Shown: positions 1-13,045, counted from the first letter of the stretch. The stretch: 36,765 nt of DNA from Craspedostauros australis (GCA_030167865.1 JALAGF010003341.1:1-36765), one strand, 5' to 3'. The notes: generated by a model not told the origin, from the sequence alone. Numbers and translations are program-made.

Positions 1-922
1 GTGATTCCCTACTGGTAGACGATGGTGTAAATGCTGTTTCTGTTTGCTATTTCATCACGTGGGTGGTTGAGTATCTCTGCGGATAGCTCTCGCTCGACTA
101 TGAGTTCACACAAGATGCTCTCTTGTGTTTCCGTCTCTACAAGTGTTGGAACTCCAGGGTTATCGTAGTACTCTATTCTGTTATTAGATTGTACCGTTTT
201 AGAACTGTGGAGATCAATCTTCTTGACCCTCTTCAATTCAAATTTGATTGCAAGTGTAATCCATAGCAGTTCACCATAGTCATACACTTGTCCATAGTTG
301 CTCTCATCTGCATCATCAACTTGCTCTCATGCTCTCTCCTTCAGATTCATTGTGCATTTCAGTAGTGCCATGCCTCTTCTATATTCAAGCAGTATTTCTT
401 GTAGCCGCACGGGTACCTCAGCTTGGGTCTCAGCCTGATCGATCCCACATCATCTTTGATTCCTCAGTATTCTTCCTATGCCACCCCCACGGTCTCAGCA
501 ATCATGTTTGTCCAATGTCGCATTGTCATTCGTGCTCTTGGGTGACTCAGGGATCGCCTCCGTTTCTCCTTCTCGCCGTTTCTCCCATTGGGGTGACTCT
601 GGAGCGTCTCTTGTCTGTTGAGGCATGTCGACTTGCTTGGAATTTATTGACTGTATTGCACATAGTCTTGACTCATGTGCAGATACATCCCTAGTGGTCA
701 AATTACAGGTTCGCCCTCATTTCCATGACAGTTCATAGATAGACTCTATTGTGGGACATGACTGCGTATGGTGCCAGCCACAAAAGGTGGAGTGAGGAGA
801 GACAAGCTACAAGGTAGTCCAAGTGTGATCAACAAGGTTGAATTGTTCAAGTTGTGAAGATATTATTGGGAGGTGCTGCAATCAGGGGTATCTTGACAAA
901 GTTGTACCCTCGATTCCTGACA
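1..922 (-). mobile_element. Repeat element terminus (LTR-like, begins TGTCAGG at 922 and reads leftward out of the window)
   Basis: The reverse complement of 866-922 (tgtcaggaatcgagggtacaactttgtcaagatacccctgattgcagcacctcccaa) aligns ungapped with 36144-36200, 48/57 identical. Similarity stops exactly at the TG dinucleotide. No convincing gene lies within 1-922. Its extent to position 1 is assumed. Confidence 0.6.
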
Positions 923-3771
923 TCGGGAGTGCAAGGATCTTGCAAATATGCAACGCCATAAATCGGCATGTGTATGGGTCTCCCGTGGTGGGAGTGAAGT
1001 TGTGATGGAGGCCATTGAGGTCTTCCTTGGTGAGGAAGGTGAGGTCGCCAATGTTTCCACCGCTGCGTCGATGATAACGTGGCAGTGATCAGAGTTGTTG
1101 GAGATACCCACAGTCTTGAAGACGTGGTTCTGTACAGTGATGGAGTTGGTGGGTTCTGTTGTTTTGTTCGGTTTGTCACGGAGAAGCGGATACGCTGTGC
1201 TCGGTGTGTTCGTGTGTGCTGCCTTGGTTGGCTCTTCTTGTTGTTTGGTTTCTGCTTCACATCGTCACATGATGCACTTGGTTCGTTGCTGATAGGATCA
1301 GCTCGGTGTGTTGGAGTTGATTTCACTCAGGCAGATCAGGACGTAGCGCTTGCGACTGTTAATCTATTGTCCTGTTGTTGTAAAGAGCGAAATCGCATGA
1401 GTCCTTCAAGAGAGATCAAGTCTTTCAGGATGATGGCGATGAGCTGTAGTAAAGAAGATGCTGATTGGGTAGAGTGACTTCTGAATCTATGGTTATCTTA
1501 CTTAGGTGTATCTCATGCTGTCGCGTTCAAAGACATCTCTTGCTTGTGCCAAGTTGAGGTGCTATCCTTCTCTAAGATTCTTTACTTTTGATCCACCAGA
1601 CTCAAGAGGAGTGGCTTGGTTTTGTCTGTCATGATGAGTCCCTAGTGTGTCCCTATGTCAACAATCATGTGCATGGAGGAAAGCGTCGTCTCGGCACATA
1701 CCAGGACGAACAAATCAGAAAACGTATCAGGCGAATAAAGCATTGTGCTAATAGCAGCCGCCATTCTACGTTGCAGTACATCAATGGCTTCTTGTCCTGT
1801 GTTCTTTGCAAGGAAGCGGACCAGTTCATTCGCTACAATTGGATGATCACAAAATCCTTTGTCCGTGATTTCTTCCATGATATCCAAGCTGCAGAGGATG
1901 GCGAAGAACTTGACCTTGTTGTTACTTGCTTGATTGTTGACATTGAGAGCACCATGTGACATTCGTCGTGGTTTGACAATCTCGCTGATGAGGCGATAAC
2001 CAAGAGAGGTGACAAGGTGCCAGGACTTGGCTGTGCTATAGCATGAGCGGTTCAGGTCGTTGTAATCGTCGTCGATGAATCGAATGAAGCCGTGAATCCA
2101 CTCAGCAGACCTGCTGAGCGCAGCTTACATGAGACTGGCTTGATGGGACGAGAAATCGTAGGTGTCACATGTGGAAGATTTGATATCAAAGCGGACATCG
2201 CGCAGGTGCAGCTCCAGTTTGTCCTTGTATCCAGTGGATACGATGGAACAATCCGCATGTGATGGAATCTTGTTGAAGAATGAGTGTGTAACATTAATGG
2301 GCTTGCCCACACCAAGGGAGCAGAAGAAGGCAGGGATGGTGTGATCAAATGACTCCACTGTTGTGGTGAAATTTCCTGTGGCAATGTCTGCTTTCTTGAG
2401 TGTAGTATGCATCTTGAGGTTGCTTCTGCCTGTCATCCGAGCCAGGATTTGTTGGGAAAGCACATGAGTGTCGACAAAGTAGCCACAGTCGAAATCAGGG
2501 CACTCAGTGTTGAGCCAGAGATTGGCTTCCAGAAAAGATCCAAAACCCATGCCTCCGAACCAAACTTGAGAAGTATCGGTTGTGGATTGGCTGTGTGCAA
2601 GCATGGTTTCGAGTTGGTTCAGTTGTTCAGTGGGATCACCTTTGGCTTGCATGGCGCCAACAGTGTCCGAGAGGCATTGAACCTCAGGATTGCTTCTGCC
2701 AGACGACTGTGCCGCAAGTTCTTTTAGGCGATCGTATAGCTGGGACATTGTGGACACAGTTGAGGATTCCAAACACGACACAGAAGCTTGGGATTTGGTT
2801 TTTTCTGCTGCTATCTCAGAGATCATCTTTTGCTCCAACATGAGTACAGCCTTGGTTGTGGGTGGGTCCGCGAGTGCATCATCAAGTGATGCCATCATGT
2901 CCAGGACCGTCGTGAGAGTACCACAGACAGTCATGGACTAAAACCCTTCAAACTGGTTCCTGCCATGCTTGCCAAGACTGGGCTCCACTTCATTGATGTC
3001 ATGGGCAGCCATCTTGTGTGCAGTATGGTTGGTCTATTGTTCTTGGAGGAGAAGCTGTACTGTGCCATTGAGAGCCATGGATATTTTGGCCACCTTGCTA
3101 TCGATGAAACACAGTGCTTTGGCCACATCATTCACTGTGCCTTGTTGGTCGAAGTCGGATGAGTATTCACTTGTTTGGTGTAACCAGGATTGTCTGCAGC
3201 GTCTTCCATTGCAGAAAGGGTATTGTTTTGTAAGGGGCATACTACAGGTGGGCTTGGTCAATGTCTTTGTATTCAATTTGAAGGATTTTGGTGGTAATGG
3301 GCAGTTCTGATGGTATGCTTGTGACAGTGGTGAAGAAACGAAGCCAATCGTCAAGAGAGAGAGAGAGAGCAAAGCATCAGTCATGGGTTTGGCTAGCTCT
3401 GCATGCAAATGAGACAGAGGCAGACTGGGAGTGAAGTACGCAGTCATCGCTGTCTTTGCAATGTACAACCCCGCTTTCGGTGGGTCCCATGCAACTCCAT
3501 GATATGTTTTGGAGCAGCTTCGGCCTGTGCAGAAGGTTTCTCTCTTCCCAATCATCGTGAAACACGCTCGTTCATACTTGTGGTCGTTCGTGGGAACACA
3601 ATACAGCTTGTAGTGCTTACCAGAGACAGCTTTCTTCCCAGGGTTGAAAGTTACCACAGCTGCTGTCTGTGGCATTGCAAAGCCCATCATCACCCCTGCC
3701 GCCCCCTCGCTGCCAAAGTTCTCAAAGAGGGAGTCGGCCAAGCGGCGAGAGAGGTCCTGGAGGCTGGACAT
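923..3771 (-). pseudogene. Decayed, frameshifted ORF(s), probably from a transposable element (gag-like ORF of a tyrosine-recombinase/DIRS-Ngaro-type element suspected)
   Basis: Collinear minus-strand fragments (3034-3771, 2125-2934, 1642-1962) read as one broken protein. They include a Cys/His cluster (CFTMIGKRETFCTGRSCSKTYH), a coiled coil, GGMGFGSFLEANLWL...YFVDTH and MEEITDKGFCDHPIVANELVRFLAKNT. There are multiple stops and frameshifts. The element-class assignment is from recollection of similar repetitive diatom hypothetical proteins and is not verified. Confidence 0.5.
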
Positions 3772-5036
3772 GATGAACAATAAAGGAAGAGAGGAGATCA
3801 ACAAATGAAGTTGCATGCAGTATTGTGCACCGTGTTCATGCAACGACAGCGACTGATGCATTCTTGTGATCTTATGTGCTTGTGTTGTGGCTTTCTGATG
3901 TTGGCCTTGCATTGTTGTTGTTTGGCCTTGCTGGTGTGACTGCCCCAATTGAGGTTAGCGTAAGATCAGGGCAGTATTGCATCTGTTCATTGATTGGCCT
4001 GTTCAGGTACCATGCGTGGGTCGTGCGTCCAGCTGGTTGAGTCGATCGGGGTCAACGGTCTGATGTCACGGCCTGCTTGATTGAGGATTCGTGATGGATT
4101 GTCGCGTCGGAACACCTCAGAAAGAGACTAAACAATTCAAAATGGGAACAAAATCGCTGAAACAAAGAACAGCAACGCGAAACGTTGGATCTATGTAGTC
4201 GGAAGCAAGGCGCTGACTCCCGGAAGAGACTGATACATGTGCACATCAGTTGGTATTCCGTGTCTTTTGCACGTTGTCAGGAGGATGATCTGTCCTTCAA
4301 CCGGTTTTGACGCCGTTTGATGTTGAGGACAAAGCTGTATCAGACGATGATGTAACTGTAGTAGACTCGGAAGTAAGCTGTAAAGATTGTTTCTGATTGC
4401 TTGTTTTATGTGTTAAGCTTACTATTGATAGGATGATCGAGTAAAAAGGTGGGGTTCATGCCGTCGTGCTTCAGCCGTTCTTTGTTGCGCAGCAACATGC
4501 CGTGGTGATCCTGCACACATACAGTCGTTCAGCATCATCACCCATGGAGCAGCAGCTGATCCATTCACATGGATATGCTTCAAGATGGGTGCATGTTCTG
4601 CAAGATGGTTAGCTGGACAGGTGGGATGGGTGCATGAGCTGGAGGGTGAGCAGAGCATGGATCGTGGTTCAACTACACACCATGCGCGCGGTAGCCTTCC
4701 ATCACAGTACCGGTTTTGGATACCGAATACCGTGTACGCGGAATGGACAGCCAAGTCCCGGATCAGTCCCGGATCTAGTCTGTCCCAACTACATCCATCG
4801 GTCCATAAAACTTAAAATAGGACCTAACTCAAAGCTTTAATGGATCCTTATTTATTTTAGATCTACAAGGATTACGAATATGTGCTTGGTTTGGATAACG
4901 GAGATAGTAGTTAGGAGATCAATTTCAAACTGTAGATCGACTCGCTCGAGGGGGTCATACATGAGTTCCTCACAGAAGGTCAGAACGAAAGAGAACTCGT
5001 TGCTCTGTGTTGTCTGTGTTTGTTGTTGCAACAAAA

Positions 5037-6392
5037 ATGCAGCCCACAGAGAAACGGCGCGTAATCTTTTGCTCACAAATGAGAACGCAACATCACACAC
5101 TATCGCACACTGTCGCAGAACACCGCACAACATCGCGGAAGAACATCAACCAGATCCGCCGAAAGATCATAACACAGCCACCAACAACAAGCACCGACGC
5201 GCCAAAAGAGAGTATTCCGATACGTAGACACGCATTCATGCACGCCATCCAAGCATCAATCGGAGACATGGCACTGACGAACTTGAGTGCAGCACACCAG
5301 CAGAGGCTGCTCGAGGAAGAGGATGGAGCAGATGCCATGGGCCCTGGCCTTCTTGCGCTCGTCACCATCTTCTTCCTGATTTGGAACACCGGAGTAGGGG
5401 GTTGGGTAGTCCGTGCTATTCTCAATGCGTACAATGGTGACTACGCCGAGCTCATGATCTTTCTTTGTCCTCATTGGATCATCGGCATCATCATTCCGGT
5501 ATACTTCTGGGCGATGTCGCTGGGAGTGGCTGGGATCATCATTGGCTGCGCGATCCCAGTGGGGATACCTTACTCGGTGTGGATCGTCAGTTGCTGTTGC
5601 CTGGGAAATGAAGGCACCAATCATGCCAATACTCCTACCAACGCCAACATTGTCGATAACATGAATTCCAACCGTTTCACCATCGACAGCAGCAATACCA
5701 ACGGCAACAGAAACGATGGTGGGTCACCCTTGCACGATCCACTGGGCGATCACGTTGAACCCATGCATGGAAACATCCTGGAGACAATCACTGGGCAGGA
5801 AAATCAAGTGAGCACGACCGGGGACACAGATGTCGAGCTCGGGGAATTGCCGCTGTCTCTCTTCAGACGGCGCAACCGCAACGAGGATGACATTCTTCAA
5901 AAACTCATCGTGAAGAAGGTCGTCAGCAATCCACCTTTCCCATGGACGTTGGCGACAGCATTTACATCGTCCTTCCGAGCCACACACCCAAAGACCGACA
6001 TCGTGGCGTCTGGCGAGCCATTACCGTCGTCGCCGTCATCATCATCGCCGTCGCCAAAGTCTCTCGATGGCACGACATCACGTAAGACGAAGAAGTGCAG
6101 GTGCAAGAAGGTCCACGATGGAGACGAGGATTGCATGCCGTCAACTTCCGAAACGGAAGGGTCCGAAATCAGCGTTTCTGACGCGGCACCACAGGAAAAT
6201 GTGGGCGAGGATCACATCTCGCGCAATCCGTCGGAACACGTGTGCAGCATCTGCCTGGAGGGATATCAGGTGGGAGAATCGATAGCGTGGTCGAAGAATC
6301 CGAAGTGCCGCCATGTCTTCCACACCGATTGCATCGTGTCTTGGCTGCAGAAGGGTCACAGTGCCTGCCCCATGTGCCGCAGCACGTATTGA
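5037..6392 (+). CDS. Membrane-anchored RING-H2 E3 ubiquitin ligase (ATL-like)
   Basis: C-terminal C3H2C3 RING-H2 (CSICLEGY...CRHVFHTDCIVSWL...CPMCR) and 2-3 hydrophobic segments in the N-terminal half. The start codon is uncertain (5037, 5238 or 5268). Confidence 0.85.
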   Translation: MQPTEKRRVIFCSQMRTQHHTLSHTVAEHRTTSRKNINQIRRKIITQPPTTSTDAPKESIPIRRHAFMHAIQASIGDMALTNLSAAHQQRLLEEEDGADAMGPGLLALVTIFFLIWNTGVGGWVVRAILNAYNGDYAELMIFLCPHWIIGIIIPVYFWAMSLGVAGIIIGCAIPVGIPYSVWIVSCCCLGNEGTNHANTPTNANIVDNMNSNRFTIDSSNTNGNRNDGGSPLHDPLGDHVEPMHGNILETITGQENQVSTTGDTDVELGELPLSLFRRRNRNEDDILQKLIVKKVVSNPPFPWTLATAFTSSFRATHPKTDIVASGEPLPSSPSSSSPSPKSLDGTTSRKTKKCRCKKVHDGDEDCMPSTSETEGSEISVSDAAPQENVGEDHISRNPSEHVCSICLEGYQVGESIAWSKNPKCRHVFHTDCIVSWLQKGHSACPMCRSTY

Positions 6393-7150
6393 TATGCAAG
6401 CGCAAGACGACGGAACGCACGCTTTCATGATGCTGCATGAGATACCGGTGTGCACTGGCGTTGGAGCCGAGCCGACCACTGCCGAATGGGTTGGGGAAGG
6501 GTGCTGGAATGGATGGAGACAGAGTCGCTGATGATCTGCTCACGTAGAAACAAGAAATGAGGTCTGTATAATTAGGTAGTAATATCAATTTCCCGCTGCT
6601 TCTTGAGTGTGATGACGTACAGACGTTTGTGTGGGATTTTAGTGGAAGAGCTTTACTCATGCTATCACTATGGATGAAGTTCTAGCAACATTCCAGTTAT
6701 CGTCTGATTCTTCGAGAGCAGTCTGCAATCATACCATACACAGAACGAAAGACAGCTCAGTCATCATGGGATGTCTGGAAAGAAGCGAGTAGGTGTGGCA
6801 TGGGCATGTAGACATGTCGGAATCTATATTCCTTCGTGGTCATCGCCACGAGAGGAGGAGACGATGGCTATCGTACTTGAGGAGAACAGAACAGAAAAGA
6901 ATGCTCGATTCCACGCACAGCTGTAGTAGTTGTGATCCGTCCAATCGAGCAGAGCAATAGAATGGATGTGATGTTGGTGCAGAATGTCCGGCTCTGGTGA
7001 GGCTGACCTTTGTGGAAGCAGTTGAAGATGGTGCTACAATGTTGTTTATGTTGGTTAACTGTTGTGCTATGGGTTCCTCGGCCTATGTTCCCCTCACAAC
7101 ACACGCGCCTGACTACCCCTTCCTCTGCTCAAGCACATGGCCAGAAGATA

Positions 7151-8242
7151 TTAGCTGAAAGCCATCGCCGCACGTTGGATGGCTCCGTTGGTGCCTACAT
7201 GACCGTCCATCGAGGCCCTGCGCATGAACCTTGCTGATGAACTGCTTCGCCTTCGCTGCTCAGGTCCTCCTTGGCAGACGGACGGCAGCGCCTGGGGATG
7301 CAGGTCCATGTATGCGTTCGGGTCGAGGGAGGCGCTGAGGCTTCTTCGTCTGCTTGACAGCGAGGATCTTCGGGGGAAACTGTCCTGGGGGTCCATGCGA
7401 TCGTTGGCGTTGTTGTTGTTGAGCATCGTGGCGGAGTCGCCGGCAAAGGAGATCTGCACGCTGCTGTCCAACGACTGTCGTCTCATCCTGTGGGATGAGG
7501 ACCGTCGTTGTGCGGAACGGCCCTTGGAGCGAGCTGGCTGCGATGACAGTGCGCCTGCGTCGTCGCCGCTTCTCCAGCTGTTGCTCATCGAAACGGAGCT
7601 GGTGCTCTGCCTTCTCTTCCTTTGATTCATGGCTTTCGGCGTCGCGTCGATGTTCTCGGGTGCGTGGCACGGTGGTGCGAGGGGTGCAGGTGGAGTCGGT
7701 AGGACGGATGCGATGGGAACGACCGAGGTCGGTGACATGGTCTCCGCAAGCTTGGACAAGGAGCCGCTGTTGGCGTGGGTGTTGCTGTGCTCCGAAGAGG
7801 GCGGGGTGCCCATGCGGTGGCTGCTACTGTCGCCTTCCGTCAGCTGTTGTTGCGCATTGTCGCTGGCATTGTCATTGTCAGTGTCCTCATCGAAGGTGTC
7901 CTCATTGTCGACCTCGTAGATGGTGAAGAGAGCACCGAAGGCATCCTCTTCTTCGATCGTCACGTAGGTTGCAGTGTCGTCGTCTTCATCGTAGACTTCG
8001 AACTCCTCGTAGAACTCCTCGTAGTCTTCATCGCTGCTGTTGTTGATGTTGTTGGTGCTCCTGCTGCTCCTGTTGCTGCTGCTCTTGATGCTGTTGGCGT
8101 CGCTCTCCCAGTCTTCGATCTCGATCTCTTCGTATGACAGCTCGTCGAACTCTGCCTCGACATGTTCCGCGCCGTTGTTGGCGTGAGCTGTGAAGTCCAA
8201 CCCACCGGTCGATGATCTTCGTGAATGTGCTATGGCGGACAT
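7151..8242 (-). CDS. Hypothetical acidic, low-complexity protein (~363 aa)
   Basis: Long ORF with coding-like GC3 bias from ATG 8242 (MSAIAH...). It has an Asp/Glu-rich N-terminal half and many RRxS motifs. The upstream ORF extension is repeat-rich and UTR-like. Confidence 0.65.
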   Translation of the reverse strand: MSAIAHSRRSSTGGLDFTAHANNGAEHVEAEFDELSYEEIEIEDWESDANSIKSSSNRSSRSTNNINNSSDEDYEEFYEEFEVYDEDDDTATYVTIEEEDAFGALFTIYEVDNEDTFDEDTDNDNASDNAQQQLTEGDSSSHRMGTPPSSEHSNTHANSGSLSKLAETMSPTSVVPIASVLPTPPAPLAPPCHAPENIDATPKAMNQRKRRQSTSSVSMSNSWRSGDDAGALSSQPARSKGRSAQRRSSSHRMRRQSLDSSVQISFAGDSATMLNNNNANDRMDPQDSFPRRSSLSSRRRSLSASLDPNAYMDLHPQALPSVCQGGPEQRRRSSSSARFMRRASMDGHVGTNGAIQRAAMAFS

Positions 8243-9557
8243 GGTTGTGTGTAATGCAGTGGTATTTGATGTTGTGAGACGTTGTGAGATGTCTTGTTGT
8301 TGTGAGATGTGGGAAGTGATCGTTCCTGCTCTCTGTCTCTGTCTCTCAGAGCTATTCGGATGCTGGATGTCAAGGTTGTTCTGTGCTTCTGGTTTCTTTG
8401 TTGTTGTGGTTGTGCTCCACTGCTCGTGCGAATACTCACGGACCTCTTGTTCCCGCTGGTTCTCTCTCACATTCACACACGCGCACACACGCTGCACGGG
8501 TACAGACCAAGATGGGCGAGTTGTGTGGTTGGTTGCTGGTAACTGGTCCCATGTTGTGTCGTGCCTTGGCAAATACGTGAGCAACTCAAACCACGACGAC
8601 TGGCGATGATGGCAACTCACCAACTGTTGGAGTTGGCGACACGCAGCGGTCATGGCTTGTTGGGATCGCATCAAATTGTCACGACAATGCACACAAAACG
8701 CGTCTGGCTTGCACTTCCGCTCGTCAATCTTGCGAACACGGAATGATTCATGTCACATTCAATACCTCTGACAAGTCGCAGTGACTCACATACGATTGCG
8801 AGTCAACAGTACCGTTATGTGGACCGTTCACGAGTTCCGTCTGTGACAGGTCCTGACCACCGTGGAGAAACGTTGCAAGGCGGTCGGACTTTCCTCAACT
8901 GCGTACTTTGTACGGCTTGCTCATCTTTTGTGTTCTCCGTGGCGAAACCGCGCGCTCTTGGCCATGTCTGTCCATTTGCGATCGATGACGCAGCTGTGGT
9001 CGCGCAACGATCATGAGTCGTATTGGACTTTGACGCACGACGGATGCACACAAAGGAAAACGACCATCAAAGCCAAAGCGAAAATTCAGTTTCTGTCGTT
9101 GAGGGAGAGAACATGTGGGCTTTTGTTGGAATCATGAGTACACACCCAAGACGCTTTCGAGCGATGTGGCTTCGCTTTGAAATCCGGGTTCCTTTTGTGT
9201 TGCTGTTGGCGTGTTCGCTCACAAACACGTCTCGAGGCCTCTCCACAAAATGGGAGACCGGCTCTCCTTGGCTCTCCTTGGCTTGTTGTCCATCCATTCC
9301 AATGCAATCGTCACAACCAACATGCGATTACCTGTGCGCACACACACATGAGAGTGTGCGTGAGAGAGACAGAAGATGGGAGGTCACAATTGTCGAGAGC
9401 AGAAAGTGGGGTCCATATGTACGACCTATGGTTCAATACTCTTCTATCCCCATTACTGCACAACGATGATGGATGGGCAGGCATTGCATCCGCAGAGCAA
9501 TGCATGCCACCACTCTATCCTTTTTCTCATTCGTTGCCCCCATAACGCGCATCCACA

Positions 9558-11928
9558 TCAAACGGAACGAGTCAACGTGGCCTCGACCAGGAACCATCCA
9601 CGAGAAGCGTCTCTGAATCGGGCAGGTGTATCGTTCTGATCCTCGCCGACAACTTCGATCTCTGCTGTTGCAATTGCCGTGGTGTCGAGAGGCAATTCGA
9701 TTCCCCCGGAGCAAGTCATGGTGCTGCCGTCATTGTGCTGCGCACCACGGACCTTGACCGAGTCACAAAGTAACGTTCCGGATTTTGTGCGTGCATGGAA
9801 CTTCGCGGAGGATGATGATCGGGTGTGGATGCGAATGGATCGCAAGGTCTCGCCTGTCTTGCATTTCACGATATGCTTGACGGTCTTCTGCCGTTTCAAC
9901 GACAGCAGCTGGGTGTCGATGCGCTGTTTCTGTGTGCGAGTATTGAGTGGCGTCAACTCATCGATAGTTGTATTCGTATTGTTGACCGAGATTTTGGTAT
10001 CCGTTCCATCGACGTTGCTTTCTCCAACAATTTCCTTGGCAGGATCGGCATCATCGTCGCAGTCACCGAATGCATCATCCAACGATGTGTTGAGGCCTGC
10101 GTAATCCGAAGGCAGGTGTTCCAAGTCGATGAGCTCGTGCAGCCGTTGGAATGCCTTCGTCTGGCTGGAAAAGACCTGGATGCGTTGTGCCGTGCGCGGA
10201 TCGATGAGCCGTTTGATGATGCGCCATGACACGGAGAAGTAACTGGGCGCATTCAAGACGATGAGACAGTGCAAGGTTTCTGGGAAGGAATCGCCGACGG
10301 AACCCGCGAGCTTGACGCATTCCATGGCGTCCGGCGATGCGAGCGTCGAGGCGGAGATGCCATCGAGATCCAGCACCACGACGACCTCCATGCGGCAGAC
10401 GTTGGGGTGGATCTTCTGCGATCTCTTCATGGCATGGATGAAGGCATGGTAAGACTGGTGCCAAAAGAAGTTGCTGGCCTTTTCGATTGTGGTAACGCAG
10501 AGCAAACCTTCAGGTTGGATGCGGCCCGCCCGCAGGTACGATACGGGACATCCGTTCTTGGCCTGCCCTATGTATTTGACCGGGTACTGGCTGAGGAAGA
10601 GCGACTTTGGACAATCCAACGCGATCTCCACCTGCGGGTACATGTCGTTTGCCCTGGCCTTCTCCCAGCTTGAGCTTTCACCTCGCAACCGCTGCAGCGT
10701 ATCCGCCGCGACAAACTTGTTGGCACGCAGGAATCGGCACAACGCAAATGGCTCCTCCTCGATCTCTGAGAACATGTAGACCATGTCGGCCAAGGTTTGG
10801 TTTTCCGGCTTTTGCAATTCTTTCATAAGAAGTTGCTGCAGAGTGTAGTATAGTATAGTGTAGTATAGTATTGTGCGGTAGAGTGGAGGCAGATCCAATA
10901 AAGCGGAGCGAAGGAGAGTGAAGTGGGGTCAGATATGATGGAGTAGAATCGAGACAAATCAAAGATCAGAAATGGTCGTTGTTGACGAAGGGTCAAGCAT
11001 CCAATGCAATGCAATGCAACGAGATACGTACCGCTTGCTCCAGCTCCTCTTTGGTGAGCCTTCCTGGAAAGCCCTTGTCCGGAACCACGACATCAGGATG
11101 AATGAGACCTTCCGTGGTCGAACGCTGGTTGCGTTTGGATTGTAATTTCCCGTTGGATCGCACGCCATGAAAGAGGTTGGAGAGACTGCGTGACATTCTC
11201 CGCATCGATTTCTTGTGCTTCAATCGCCTGTTGTGCGGATCACCTTTGGTTGGGGATCTGCCCTCTGCGGCAATGGCCGTCTCGTGCATGCCACTATTGA
11301 CGGTAGCAGCATTCTCGTCACCGGTGTCATCATCGGCCAGTTGCTGCAATTCCAGAGCATGTTCGAGCAACATGGTCCGTGGTTCGAGCATCGAGACTCG
11401 CGGCTTTGGCTTGAGATATGTTGTTGTGACGATCGGATAGATATCTTCGTGCTGGTCTGCGTCTGTGTTGCTGTTGCTTTTGTCCGGAGCGTTTCGTTGG
11501 TACTGCGACACCTTATCGCGCTGATCGGTCGAGGCCATGCCATCTTCCTCTTCCTGGACCGTGTCGAAGAACATGGTGCTGCCGTCCACGGAGAAGTTGG
11601 ACTGTCGTTTGGACGTTGCTCCGGTCATCTTGCCGTTTGGTGCAACGTCCACCTGATATTCCTCCGCATCTTCAAACTCATCCAAGTCGGAATCGCCAAT
11701 CCAGCTGGGAAGGCATCGTAGACCATCCGCCGTCTCATGGTACATGGTGCGTCGCCGCACAGGTGCATGTTGGTTGGAACGCTGCTTGCGTTGCTTGCGC
11801 GAGGATGGCCAGCATGTGCAGACGACGGCGCCTGCGTCCAGATCATCGCCGCCCGTGGAGACTGTGGAGGCGGTGTTCGATGCCATGGTCATGCTGGCGG
11901 ATGGCGTTGTGGTGGGGTTCGGAGTCAT
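9558..11928 (-). CDS. Sec14/CRAL-TRIO lipid-binding protein, 2 exons (11928-11032, 10835-9558), ~724 aa
   Basis: CRAL-TRIO motifs: LCRFLRANKF, VVVLDLDG, FPETLHCLIVLNAPSYFSVSWRIIKRLIDPRTAQRIQVF and LIDLEHLPSDYAG. The phase-0 intron 11031-10836 (GCG|gtacgt...ctgcag|CAA) joins the two ORFs in frame (ELEQA-QLLMKE). Confidence 0.88.
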
Positions 11929-13045
11929 TCCAGTGTTGGGCTTGGTGGTTGGCACTCCCACTGGTTGCTTTTGCGAACAGCGTCGGAATGACTGTGGAAA
12001 GATGGGTGGGTGGGTGGGAAGAGGATGGATGGATAGTAGCAGATGGGTGGAAAGAGGATAGAGATTATGGGCACAATGTCTGCTTTCGGTGTTGCTATTG
12101 TTGTGGTTTGTTGAACAAGGTTGTTTGGATGGAAGATTGAGTTGAATTGCGATGATCGAATGCTACTCTCTGGCTTTTTGTTGTGGTCTGCAGCAATCGT
12201 GTCGCCTGTGCTTCTTTGTTGTTGCTGTTGCTGTTGACGCCATCGCCCTTCGTTCGCTGCGCAGACTTGTGACTCTGTTGTTCTTGCACAGCTGATTGTT
12301 CTTGGGACGATTGCCACAACAACACAAAGAGAGCACGCAAGTTGGCGGAAACGCTTTCGAGTCTTGATGTCTTGCGTGTGCCTCCATCAGTCGTGGAACA
12401 CTTGCGAATCTTCCACCCAGTCGAATTCATGGGCTGTTGGCTCACACGATTTGGCGGGAAACGCCTCGCAAACTGCCGGTTTCGGGATAACCGTTTGAGG
12501 CAGTTCATGTACGGAGCGAGCTTGTCGGAGTAGTGTAACAGTAGGATGAATAAGAGTGATGTTTGTTGTACTCTACTAATCTTGTGCGTGTGCTTTTTAT
12601 GAGTTAGTTGTTGATAGTAGTTGTGCTAGTAGGATGAAGAAACGACATTCACGCAGCTGGCACGACCCTGCACGGATCCTCATGGCTCAGCGTGTTGGGG
12701 CAGACCAACTGCTTCTTCTACTCCGTCTTCAATCTGCTGTTGCTTTACAATGCATTAAAGAGCACAACACTCAACATTCTGTTGAAGTTGCAACCACGTG
12801 GCTGTGGCTGTGGCTGCTGTCGTTGTTGTTGTCGTAATAATCTATTATAATCGATGTCAACACCGTCACATGAGTCAATTTCGTTTCTGTTGTTTGGTGT
12901 TATTTCTATGCAATTATTGTGGTATCTTTTGCTCTTTGAGGTGTATCCACGAGTTCTCTATCCTTTCGCACTGTCTCAGTCAAGGCTTCATTCTTTTTTC
13001 ACATCTCTCTCACAATCAAATGTGGTTGTACTGTCGGGGAATGCT

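Noticed and set aside
4700-4940. Short tandem (agtcccggatc x2), small hairpin and AT-rich stretch as a MITE
   Set aside because: No matching terminal inverted repeats or target-site duplication found.
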